From the NCBI GenBank assembly GCA_965223415.1, contig OZ245002.1:3616001-3680000 (forward strand): DNA of 64,000 bases. The letters are read 5' to 3'. Below the pieces are notes generated by a model. It did not search any database and was not told the DNA's origin. It saw only the letters and a list, made by a program, of their open reading frames with translations. Positions 18,320 through 27,156 of the stretch are shown piece after piece (the first letter of the stretch is position 1; every line of letters starts with the position of its first letter). The DNA is from Myxococcota bacterium (GTDB taxonomy: Bacteria; Myxococcota_A; UBA9160; UBA6930). Both the position numbers and the translations under genes were made by a program.

Positions 18320-18345
18320 TCCGGCCGGTCTGTCACTCTCCCGCC

Positions 18346-19125
18346 ATGGCGGACGCGCTCCAGCTGCACGCGCTGCCGACCCTCGACGAGCCGATCCTGA
18401 TCCTGGCCTTCGACGGCTGGAACGACGCGGGGGATGCCGCCACGTCGGCGGTGCACTTCCTCCGTGACGCGCTGCCGATGGCGCCTCTCGCCGAGATCGA
18501 CCCGGAGATCTACTACGACTTCACCGTGCGCCGGCCCACGGTGCAGCTCGGTGAGGGCCAGGTGCGGCGCATCGAGTGGCCGAGCTATCGCTTCCACTAC
18601 GCCTCGGTGGCCGGGCGATGCGACATCGTGGTCGGGATCGGAGGCGAGCCGCACCTGCGCTGGCGGAGCTTCTGCGACGAGCTGCTCGAGCTCGTCCACC
18701 GGGTCGGGGTGCGCCGCGTCGTGTTGCTCGGCGCCTACCTCGCGGACATTCTCTACTCGCTTCCGGTGCGGGTCACCGGCTTTGCCCATCCTTCCGTGGA
18801 GCTCGAGTCCCTCGGCATCGAGGCCTCCGGCTACGAGGGCCCCACCGGTATCGTCGGTGTGCTTGCCGACCGGCTGCGGGAGCAGGGGCTGCCGGTGGTG
18901 AGTCTGTGGGCTTCGCTGCCCCACTACATCAGCGTCACGCCGAACCCCCGCGGCGCCCTGGCCCTGATCCAGGCGCTCACCCGCACCGTCGACCTGCCCC
19001 TCGACCAGTCCCCCCTCCGCGCCGAGGCGGCCGAGTTCGAGGTGCGCATCAACGAGCAGGTCGCCGCCGACCCGGCCCTCGCCGAGTACGTCCGCGAGCT
19101 CAAGAAGCGCGAGTTCGCCCAGTAG
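18346..19125 (+). CDS. PAC2 (proteasome assembly chaperone)-family protein
   Basis: AFDGWNDAGDAA, YYDFTVRRP, EPHLRW, YEGPTGIVG, LPHY motifs. Confidence 0.85.
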   Translation: MADALQLHALPTLDEPILILAFDGWNDAGDAATSAVHFLRDALPMAPLAEIDPEIYYDFTVRRPTVQLGEGQVRRIEWPSYRFHYASVAGRCDIVVGIGGEPHLRWRSFCDELLELVHRVGVRRVVLLGAYLADILYSLPVRVTGFAHPSVELESLGIEASGYEGPTGIVGVLADRLREQGLPVVSLWASLPHYISVTPNPRGALALIQALTRTVDLPLDQSPLRAEAAEFEVRINEQVAADPALAEYVRELKKREFAQ

Positions 19126-19139
19126 CAACCCGCAAGGGT

Positions 19140-19207
19140 GGGGACGTTCCTTGCAACTTGCACAACGCCCCGGGGGGCAAGAAACGCAAGTTGCAAGGAA
19201 CGTCCCC
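19140..19207. repeat. REP-like palindrome, perfect 22-bp arms; probable bidirectional terminator
   Basis: GGGGACGTTCCTTGCAACTTGC (19140-61), 24-nt spacer, GCAAGTTGCAAGGAACGTCCCC (19186-207), between convergent genes. Confidence 0.85.
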
Positions 19208-19224
19208 GTTCTTGCGTTCTTGGG

Positions 19225-19476
19225 TCAGAGCTCGATGGATTCCTCGATGAGCATGACGGGGATGCCGTCGTCGACCCGGTAGAGGACCTTGCCGTCCTCG
19301 CGGACGAGGGCTTCGGCGATCTCGTGCTCGGGCTGGGCGCCTCCGCGGTTGCGGAGGCTGCCGTCGCGTATGCCCGCGTTGACCCGCTCGAGCTGCTCGG
19401 CGGTGGCGAGGACGACGGGCTGCTTGGTCTCCGGGCAGACCAGGATCTCGACCAGTTCGGGGCTGACGGTGGGCAT
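19225..19476 (-). CDS. Trm112-like (YcaR/UPF0434) protein
   Basis: LVEILVCPETKQP...YRVDDGIPVMLIEES; ATG 19476 with GAGG SD. Confidence 0.85.
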   Translation of the reverse strand: MPTVSPELVEILVCPETKQPVVLATAEQLERVNAGIRDGSLRNRGGAQPEHEIAEALVREDGKVLYRVDDGIPVMLIEESIEL

Positions 19477-19496
19477 GGTGGTGGGTCCTCTCGGTC

Positions 19497-20723
19497 CTAG
19501 CGGAGCATGCTGGACGGGTAGTCCAGGATGCGGCGGGCGACGATCAGCTGGTTGATCTGCTGGGTGCCCTCGTAGATGTCGTTGATCTTGGCGTCCCGCA
19601 TCCACTTCTCGACGAGCAGCCTCTTCGACCAGCCCGGCGGGCCCAGCAGCTCCACGGCCTTCTGCGTGATGCGGGTGACGGCGAGGCCGGCCTTGGCCTT
19701 CGCCATGGAGGCCTCCAGGTTGTTGGGGCGGCCGCGGTTCATCATCGAGGCGGCGCGCCAGGTGAGGAGCCGGGCCGCCTGCAGCTCGGCCTCCATCTCC
19801 ATGACGTCGCGCTCGAGGGCCGTGAGCTCGGACGGCGGCGCGTCGTAGCGGATCCGCACGCCCTGCCGATCGAGCTCCTCCTTCACGAAGTCGAGGGCGG
19901 CGCGGCCGACGCCGACCGCCATGGCCGCGACGATCGGACGGCTGGCGTCGAAGGTCGCCATGGCGCCCTTGAAGCCCTTGTCGCCGCCGCTCCCGCTCTT
20001 CGCATCCTTCTTCTTGACCTCGGCGCTGCCGAGCAGGTTCGCCATGGGCACCCGGCAATCCTCGAACACCAGGGTCGCCGTGTCCGAGGCGCGGATGCCG
20101 AGCTTGTTCTCGAGGCCGACCAGGGTCATCCCCGGCGTCCCCGCCGGCACCACGAAGGCCTTGATCCCGCCGCGGCCCGCGGACTTGTCGACGGTGGCCC
20201 ACACCACCACGAAGCCGCCCTCTGCCTGGGAGGCGCCCTCGCCGCCGGTGCAGAAGATCTTCGTGCCGTTCAGGATCCAATCGTCTCCGTCGCGGGTGGC
20301 GGTGGTCTCGATCGCCGCGCTGTCCGAGCCGGCGGAGGGCTCGGTGATCGCCATCGCGCCCCAGGCCGGCGGCCCGTCGCCCTGGAACACGGAGAGGAAG
20401 CGCTGCTTCTGCTCCTTCGTCCCCGCCGCCGCCACCGCGGAGCCGCCCAGACCGGCGAAGGGCGTGCGCAGGTAGAGCCCGGCGTCGCCCCAGCAGAGCT
20501 CCTCAGTCTGCACGCAGACCTGGATGAAGCCGTCGCTGGGCCCGGCCTTCTCGGGCCCGCCCTTGCGCCCCTCCTTCCAGTACCAGTCCACCCACTCGCT
20601 GGGCAGGTCGTGCTCCTGGGTGTCGTACTTGCGGGAGATCGGTCGCAGGTGGTCCGCGGCCATCGCGTGGAAGTGCTCCCGGGCCAGGCGCGTCGTCTCG
20701 CTCATCTCGAAGGAGATCGCCAT
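19497..20723 (-). CDS. Acyl-CoA dehydrogenase, FadE23-like
   Basis: AITEPSAGSD, NGTKIF, KLGIRASDT, RDAKINDIYEGTQQI. Confidence 0.9.
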   Translation of the reverse strand: MAISFEMSETTRLAREHFHAMAADHLRPISRKYDTQEHDLPSEWVDWYWKEGRKGGPEKAGPSDGFIQVCVQTEELCWGDAGLYLRTPFAGLGGSAVAAAGTKEQKQRFLSVFQGDGPPAWGAMAITEPSAGSDSAAIETTATRDGDDWILNGTKIFCTGGEGASQAEGGFVVVWATVDKSAGRGGIKAFVVPAGTPGMTLVGLENKLGIRASDTATLVFEDCRVPMANLLGSAEVKKKDAKSGSGGDKGFKGAMATFDASRPIVAAMAVGVGRAALDFVKEELDRQGVRIRYDAPPSELTALERDVMEMEAELQAARLLTWRAASMMNRGRPNNLEASMAKAKAGLAVTRITQKAVELLGPPGWSKRLLVEKWMRDAKINDIYEGTQQINQLIVARRILDYPSSMLR

Positions 20724-20735
20724 TCCGTTCCCCTC

Positions 20736-21824
20736 TTACACCAGGGCCGTGGCTTCGAGCACAGCCAGGCCCCGCGCGTTGCGCAGGTGCATCTCGGGCA
20801 GGTACTCGCGGATGTAGCCGTGGCCTCCGAACACCTGGACGGCGCCGTCGGCGGCTTCGAGGGCCACCCGTCGCACCTGCTGGATGGCGAGGGTCGCGCA
20901 GCGCAGCGCGTCCTCGCCGCGGTCGAGCTGCCAGGCGGCTTCCCAGGTGAGCAGCCGCGCGCCGTCGATCTCGATGGCCATGTCGGCGAGCTTGAAGGCG
21001 ATGGCTTGCTTCTGGGCGATCTTCACGCCGAAGGCCTCTCGTTCCTTCGCATAGTCGCGGGCGACCTCGAAGGTGGCCCGCGCGACGCCCAGCCCGGCGG
21101 CCGCCAGCGCTACCCGCCCCTGGGCGACGATGCGCCGCAGGTCCGAGCCGGCGCCTTCGCCGAGCCGGGCCGAGGCCGGTACGCGCACGCCGCCCATGCG
21201 GAGCCCCGCGGTGGCCAGCGCCTGGAGGCCCATGTTCTGCTCGGCGGTCGCCGTGAGGCCGTCCGCGTCCCGGGGCACGAGGAAGCCCTGGGGCGAGCCA
21301 TCCTCGTCGGCGAAGACGAGCACGACGTCGTCGCCGTCCTGCCACGGAACGAGGGCCTTCTCGCCGACGAGCACGTAGCCTTGGCCGTCCCTCTTCGCGG
21401 TCGCCTGGGGCCGGAAGGGATCCGAGCCGAAGCGCGGCTCCTGCAGCGCCAGGGCTCCGGGGACGAAGTGCGGCCCCGCGTAGCGCGGGAGCCACGCCTT
21501 CTGCTGGGCCTCGCTGCCGAACTCCGAGACGGGCAGGGCGACGAGCCCCGGCGAGAGGATCGCCAGTGCGAGGGCGAGGTCTCCCCAGGCCAGCTCCTCG
21601 GCGATCAGCGCGCCGGTCACCGCGCTGCGCTCGCCGCCGCCCCCGAAGGCCTCGGGCAGCCCGTTCGCCACGAGCCCCAGCTCGTGGGCCCGGGCGAGCA
21701 CCGCGTCCGGCAGCTTGCCGGCTTCGTCGCACTCCCGCGCCACGGGGCGGAGCTCCTGCTCTGCGAACTGGCGCACCGTGTCGACGATGAGCTGCTGCTC
21801 CTCGCTCGGCTCGAAGTCGATCAT
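20736..21824 (-). CDS. Acyl-CoA dehydrogenase, FadE24-like partner subunit
   Basis: EELAWGD, YAKEREAFG, QAIAFKLADM, QVFGGHGY; truncated C-terminus lacking IYEGT. Confidence 0.85.
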   Translation of the reverse strand: MIDFEPSEEQQLIVDTVRQFAEQELRPVARECDEAGKLPDAVLARAHELGLVANGLPEAFGGGGERSAVTGALIAEELAWGDLALALAILSPGLVALPVSEFGSEAQQKAWLPRYAGPHFVPGALALQEPRFGSDPFRPQATAKRDGQGYVLVGEKALVPWQDGDDVVLVFADEDGSPQGFLVPRDADGLTATAEQNMGLQALATAGLRMGGVRVPASARLGEGAGSDLRRIVAQGRVALAAAGLGVARATFEVARDYAKEREAFGVKIAQKQAIAFKLADMAIEIDGARLLTWEAAWQLDRGEDALRCATLAIQQVRRVALEAADGAVQVFGGHGYIREYLPEMHLRNARGLAVLEATALV

Positions 21825-21830
21825 CGGGGG

Positions 21831-23066
21831 CTAGACGCGCTCGACGATCGTCGCGATGCCCATCCCGCCGCCGATGCACATCGTCACGAGGCCGGTGGTC
21901 TTGTCCTGGCGCTCGAGCTCGTCGACGACCGTGCCGATCAGCATCGCGCCGGTGGCGCCGAGCGGGTGGCCGAGGGCGATGGCGCCGCCGTTCATGTTGA
22001 CCTTGCCGTGGTCCATGCCGAGATCCCGCATCACCTTCATCGGGATCGCCGCGAAGGCCTCGTTGATTTCGATCAGGTCGACGTCGCCGAGCTCCATGCC
22101 CGCCTTCGCGAGGCACTTCTCCGTCGCCGGGGTCGGCGCTGTCAGCATGATCACCGGCTCGTCGGCGGCGGTGGCCGTGGCGACGATGCGCGCCCGCGGC
22201 GTGAGGCCGTGGCTCTTCGCGTATTCCGGTGCGGCGAGCAGCACCGCCGCGGCGCCGTCGACGATGCCCGACGAGTTGCCCGCGGTATGGATGTGCTGGA
22301 TGCCGTCGATCTGCGGATAGACCGAGAGCGCCTTCTCATCCATCGAGCGCGTGTCGCCCTTCTGCACGTAGGCGCCCATTCCCTCGAAGGACGGCGTCAG
22401 CTTGCCGAGGCTCTCGACCGTGCCGCCGGGCCGCGGGTGCTCGTCGCGCTCGAGGGCCAGGTTGCCTTCGGCGTCGCGCACCGGAATCAGGCTCTTCTCG
22501 AAGCGCCCCTCCTTCTGCGCGGCCTCACAGCGGGCCTGGCTCTCGGCGGCGAAGGCGTCGGCATCCTCCCGGGTGAAGCCCTCGAGGGTGGCGATCAGGT
22601 CCGCCGAGATGCCCTGGGGCACCAGCGGGTGGAGGGCCGAGAGCTGCGGGTCCTTGCCGTCGAGGCCGCCGCCGGACGATCCCATCGGCACGCGGGACAT
22701 GCTCTCGACGCCGCCGCCGATCACCAGATCCTGCTGGCCGCTCATCACGCCCATGGCGGCGAAGTTCACCGCCTGCTGGCCCGAGCCGCAGAAGCGGTTC
22801 AGGGTGACGCCGCTCGCGGTCTTCGGGTCCCAGCCCGCCGCCAGCACGCCGTTGCGGGCGATGCAGGCGGCCTGCTCGTCCACCGCGGAGACGCAGCCGG
22901 CCACCACGTCCTCCACGTCGCTCGGGTCGAAGCCGTTGCGGTCCTTGAGCGCGTTCAGGGTCTGGGCCAGTAGCTGCTGGGGATGCACGCCGGAGAGGCT
23001 GCCCGTGTCCTTCTTGCCCTTGCCGCGGGGGGTCCTCACCGCGTCGATGATCCAGGCTTCGCCCAT
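21831..23066 (-). CDS. Acetyl-CoA C-acyltransferase (thiolase)
   Basis: [42 protein letters not shown] before ATG 23066. Confidence 0.93.
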   Translation of the reverse strand: MGEAWIIDAVRTPRGKGKKDTGSLSGVHPQQLLAQTLNALKDRNGFDPSDVEDVVAGCVSAVDEQAACIARNGVLAAGWDPKTASGVTLNRFCGSGQQAVNFAAMGVMSGQQDLVIGGGVESMSRVPMGSSGGGLDGKDPQLSALHPLVPQGISADLIATLEGFTREDADAFAAESQARCEAAQKEGRFEKSLIPVRDAEGNLALERDEHPRPGGTVESLGKLTPSFEGMGAYVQKGDTRSMDEKALSVYPQIDGIQHIHTAGNSSGIVDGAAAVLLAAPEYAKSHGLTPRARIVATATAADEPVIMLTAPTPATEKCLAKAGMELGDVDLIEINEAFAAIPMKVMRDLGMDHGKVNMNGGAIALGHPLGATGAMLIGTVVDELERQDKTTGLVTMCIGGGMGIATIVERV

Positions 23067-23416
23067 GGCCGAGTGCTCCTCTTGCAGAGAATGCAGGATC
23101 GGCGCTGGGCCGACCTCCGCGGGTGAGATTCCTCGCGGTGCGTGACCGCGCGAGTGGCGCTCCCCCATGGGGAAGCGGGCGGGATGGTATCGGATCGACC
23201 GGAGCGCCGCATCGCGCGGAGATGGCCGTCAGAACACCGTTCTGGGGGTTTTCCCGGCCCCCCCTCAGGGTTGACGCATGCAGGCTGAAGTTCTAATGAA
23301 CCGTCGCCCGCGCCCGGGTCCGCAACGCTTTTTCGTGCACCCCGTGAGGTGTACGAGCGCGCGCTCAGGTGACGGGAGTCCGGACCTTCCCACGCAGGGG
23401 GCGCTTCAGACACGTC

Positions 23417-24142
23417 ATGGGAACGCACCGCTCGCCCCGTCGTTCCATCGGCCTGCTCCTGTTCCTCGCGGTCGCCGGCTTCTGGCTCCTCGCCGGCTCG
23501 GGAGAGCGCGCGTCCGCCGACACCGCCCGTCGGGCCTCGAGTGTCTGCGAGGCGCAGGAGCTCAAGGCGCTCGCGGCCGAGGATCCGCACCTCCAGGTCG
23601 AGATCCCGCCGGAGTACGACAAGTCCTTCCCGACCCTGGCGGCCTGCCGTTCCCACGAGGCCGCCTGGGACCCCGCGGCCGAGGGCCCCCAGCAGCCGAT
23701 CCCCTTCAGCCACAAGCACCACGCCGGTGACTGGGAGATCGACTGCCTCTACTGCCACTCCGGGACCGATCGCTCCCGCGTCGCCGGCGTGCCCTCGACT
23801 GAGGTCTGCATGGGCTGCCACGAGCACTTCCCGGCCGAGTACGACGAGCTCGAGGGGATCCAGATCCTGAAGCAGTACTGGGCGGAGCAGAAGTCGATCC
23901 CCTGGACCCAGATCCACCGTCTTCCCGAGCACGTGAAGTTCCAGCATCAGGCCCACGTGCGCGCCGGTTTCGAGTGTCAGACCTGTCACGGCCAGGTGGA
24001 GGAGCTCGACAAGCTCTACCTCACGCCTGACACGAAGTGGTGGCAGTACGGGCTGCCGACCCAGAAGCTCGAGATGGGGTGGTGTGTCATGTGCCACCGC
24101 GACAACGGCGCCTCGCAAGACTGCCTGGCCTGCCACTACTAG
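23417..24142 (+). CDS. actA: Alternative complex III pentaheme cytochrome c subunit
   Basis: N-terminal TM/signal; QPIPFSHKHH; five CxxCH motifs (CLYCH, CMGCH, CQTCH, CVMCH, CLACH); first gene of the act operon. Confidence 0.9.
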   Translation: MGTHRSPRRSIGLLLFLAVAGFWLLAGSGERASADTARRASSVCEAQELKALAAEDPHLQVEIPPEYDKSFPTLAACRSHEAAWDPAAEGPQQPIPFSHKHHAGDWEIDCLYCHSGTDRSRVAGVPSTEVCMGCHEHFPAEYDELEGIQILKQYWAEQKSIPWTQIHRLPEHVKFQHQAHVRAGFECQTCHGQVEELDKLYLTPDTKWWQYGLPTQKLEMGWCVMCHRDNGASQDCLACHY

Positions 24143-24158
24143 GACCTAGGACTTCCGG

Positions 24159-27152
24159 ATGCCTGAGACCTCTCGTCGTGACTTCCTGAAGCTCGTCGGA
24201 GTGAGCGCCGGGGCGGCGGCCGCCGCCGGCTGCTCGGACCACGTCGAAAAGCTGATTCCGTACGTCGTGCAGCCCGAGGAGGTGACCCCGGGCAATCCGG
24301 TCGTCTACGCCTCCACCTGCACCGAGTGCCCGGTGGGCTGCGGCCTGCACGTGCGGACGCGGGAGAGCCGGCCGATCAAGCTGGAGGGCAACCCGGACCA
24401 CCCGATCAACGAGGGCCGGCTCTGCGCCAAGGCCCAGGCCTCCATCGCGCGCACCTACCTGCCCGATCGCTTCACCGGCCCGCGCAAGGGCGCCGAGGCG
24501 ACGACCTGGGACGAGGCGATCGGCGCCGTGGCCGAGGCGATCCGGGGTGCCGGCGGCAAGACCCACATCCTCGGCGGCAACACCGGCGATACGCTCTCGG
24601 GGCTGATCGACCGCTTCGCCCAGGCCACCGGCGCGAAGCGCACCATCTACGACCCCGCCGTCGACGAGGCCCTGCGCGAGGCGACCCGCCGCGTGTTCGG
24701 CGTCGCGAGCGAGCCGATCTTCGACCTGTCCGGCGCGGACCTGGTCGTCGACTTCGGCGCCGAGCTGCTCGAGACCGGCCCCTCGCCGGTCGAGCACCAG
24801 GGCCAGTGGGCGAAGGCCCGGGACGTGGGCGCTCATCACGACGGCGGGGCGCGCTTCGTCTACGTGGGTCCGCGGCTCTCGATGACCGCGTCCACCGCCG
24901 ATGAGTGGCTGCCGGCCAAGCCCGGCAGCGAGGGGCTGATCGCCGCGGCCCTGTCCGGCGGCGACGTCGCCGCCGCGGCCTCGGCCAGCGGCGTGCCGGC
25001 CGAGACCCTGCAGCGCCTCGCGAAGGCCCTGCGCAGTGCCAAGAGCCCGGTGGCGCTTCCGCCCGGCGCGGCCCTGGCCAGTCGGCGCGCCGTCGCTACC
25101 ACCGCCGCGGTGCTGAAGCTGAATGCCTCCCTCGGCGCGATCGGCAAGACCGTCACGATTCCGCCCGCCGGCGAGACCGCCAAGGACCGCTCCAGCTACG
25201 CCAATGCCCTGGCGCTGGTGGCGGCCATGGAGGCCGGCGAGGTCGACGTCCTCCTCGTCCACGACGCCAACCCGGTCTACAACCTGCCCGCCGGCGCCGG
25301 CTTCGCGGCGGCCCTCGCCAAGGTGAAGACGGTCGTCTCCTTCGCCACCTCGAAGGACGAGACCACCGAGCAGGCCCACTGGGTGCTGCCCGACCACGCC
25401 CCCCTCGAATCCTGGGGCGACGCGCGTCCCCGCCCCGGCGTGCGCGGCCTGGTGCAGCCGACGATCCGGCCTCTCCACGACACCCAGGCCCTCGGCGATT
25501 CGCTCCTGGCGATCGCTCGTGCCATGGGCGACGACGTCGGCGGCCAGCTGCCCTCGGGCAGCTTCCGCGACGTGCTGCAGGCGGCCTGGTCCGGCACGAG
25601 CTTCCGCTCCGCCCTCAAGCGGGGCGGCGTCTACGGTCCGACGCCCTCGGCCGTGGGGGCAGCCGGCGGCAGCGGCGCCGACGTCGAGCTGGCGGAGCCG
25701 GCTTTCAACGGCACGGGCAGTTTCACCCTCGTCGCGTTCCCCCACGCCCTGCTGGGCGATGGCCGGGGCGCGGCCCTGCCGATCCTCCAGGAGATCCCGG
25801 ACCCGGTCACCAGCATCGCCTGGGAGAGCTGGGCCGAGATCAGCCTGGCCGCGGCCGATCGTCTGGGCGTCGAGTCCGGCGACGTGGTCGCCATCGAGAC
25901 CTCTGCCGGCCGCATCGAGGTGGCCGTCTACCTACGAGGCGGGATCCGCGACGACGTGATCGCCGTGCCGACGGGGCAGGGTCACACGGTCGGCTGGTTC
26001 GCCTCCAAGGAAGGGCAGGGCCTGCCCGGCATGGCGCGCGGCGTGAACGTCGGCGACGCTCTGCCGGCCCTCACCGACGAGGGCGGGGGGCGCGCCTGGC
26101 TCACCGAGAAGGCCAGCGTGACGCCGACCGGCCGCCACCGCCGTCTGCCCTACCAGCAGACGCAGGACAACAAGCGCGAGCGCCAGCTCGGCGAGGTGGT
26201 CTCGTTGGCGGCGCTGGCCGAGAGCGACCATGGCGACGGGCACGGCGGGGAGCACGGGAGCGGCCACGGCGGCGGGCACGACGGCCCCCACGAGATCCGC
26301 GAGCCCTTCGACCCGGCCGACGACGCCGCCGATCTGGAGCGCGAGCGCGTGTTCCTCGAGGAGCGCTCGGTCAAAGCCTCCGACTACCGCTGGGGCATGA
26401 CCGTCGATCTCGACAAGTGCACCGGCTGCAGCGCCTGCATCGCCGCCTGCTACGTCGAGAACAACATCCCGGTGGTGGGCGAGGACGAGACGCGCAAGAT
26501 GCGCCAGATGCCCTGGATCCGCATCGACCGCTTCGTCGGCCCCGGCGACCGCAAGGAGCTGCTGGCCGGCCGCGACCCGATCGGCCCGAACCACGAGAAG
26601 CTCGGCGAGACCGACATCCGCAACTCGCCGATGTTCTGTCAGCATTGCGGCGCCGCTCCCTGCGAGCCGGTGTGTCCCGTCTTCGCGACCTACCACAACG
26701 AGGAAGGTCTCAACGGGATGATCTACAACCGCTGCATCGGCACGCGGTACTGCGCGAACAACTGCCCCTACAAGGTCCGCCGCTACAACTACTTCGACAA
26801 CCAGATCACGAAGTGGCCCGGCCAGATGGACCTGGGGCTCAACCCGGACGTGACCGTCCGCGGCCAGGGCGTGATGGAGAAGTGCACCTTCTGCGTGCAG
26901 CGGATCCAGCATGCGCGGCAGGAGTCGAAGAACGCCGGGCACGAGACGATCCCCGACGGCTCTGTCCAGACGGCCTGCCAGCAGACCTGCCCCTCCGACG
27001 CGATCGAGTTCGGGAACCTGCGGGACGACGCCAGCGCCGTCTCCAAGAAGGCCGACGATCCGAAGCGCGGTTACTCCGCGCTGCACGTGCTGAACACGAG
27101 ACCCGCGGTGACCTATCTGGCGAAGGTCGTCCGGGGCCCGGTGGAAGGTTGA
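24159..27152 (+). CDS. actB: Alternative complex III ActB (molybdopterin-oxidoreductase-like domain fused to Fe-S domain)
   Basis: Tat motif SRRDFLK plus AAAGC lipobox; PIKLEGNPDHP; C-terminal CTGCSACIAAC, CQHCGAAPCEPVC, CIGTRYCANNC, KCTFC, ACQQTC. Confidence 0.93.
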   Translation: MPETSRRDFLKLVGVSAGAAAAAGCSDHVEKLIPYVVQPEEVTPGNPVVYASTCTECPVGCGLHVRTRESRPIKLEGNPDHPINEGRLCAKAQASIARTYLPDRFTGPRKGAEATTWDEAIGAVAEAIRGAGGKTHILGGNTGDTLSGLIDRFAQATGAKRTIYDPAVDEALREATRRVFGVASEPIFDLSGADLVVDFGAELLETGPSPVEHQGQWAKARDVGAHHDGGARFVYVGPRLSMTASTADEWLPAKPGSEGLIAAALSGGDVAAAASASGVPAETLQRLAKALRSAKSPVALPPGAALASRRAVATTAAVLKLNASLGAIGKTVTIPPAGETAKDRSSYANALALVAAMEAGEVDVLLVHDANPVYNLPAGAGFAAALAKVKTVVSFATSKDETTEQAHWVLPDHAPLESWGDARPRPGVRGLVQPTIRPLHDTQALGDSLLAIARAMGDDVGGQLPSGSFRDVLQAAWSGTSFRSALKRGGVYGPTPSAVGAAGGSGADVELAEPAFNGTGSFTLVAFPHALLGDGRGAALPILQEIPDPVTSIAWESWAEISLAAADRLGVESGDVVAIETSAGRIEVAVYLRGGIRDDVIAVPTGQGHTVGWFASKEGQGLPGMARGVNVGDALPALTDEGGGRAWLTEKASVTPTGRHRRLPYQQTQDNKRERQLGEVVSLAALAESDHGDGHGGEHGSGHGGGHDGPHEIREPFDPADDAADLERERVFLEERSVKASDYRWGMTVDLDKCTGCSACIAACYVENNIPVVGEDETRKMRQMPWIRIDRFVGPGDRKELLAGRDPIGPNHEKLGETDIRNSPMFCQHCGAAPCEPVCPVFATYHNEEGLNGMIYNRCIGTRYCANNCPYKVRRYNYFDNQITKWPGQMDLGLNPDVTVRGQGVMEKCTFCVQRIQHARQESKNAGHETIPDGSVQTACQQTCPSDAIEFGNLRDDASAVSKKADDPKRGYSALHVLNTRPAVTYLAKVVRGPVEG

Positions 27153-27156
27153 ACTG

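Noticed and set aside
23271..23299. sigma70 promoter for the act operon (TTGACG...TAATGA)
   Set aside because: Good -35 but poor -10 at canonical spacing; not enough support.
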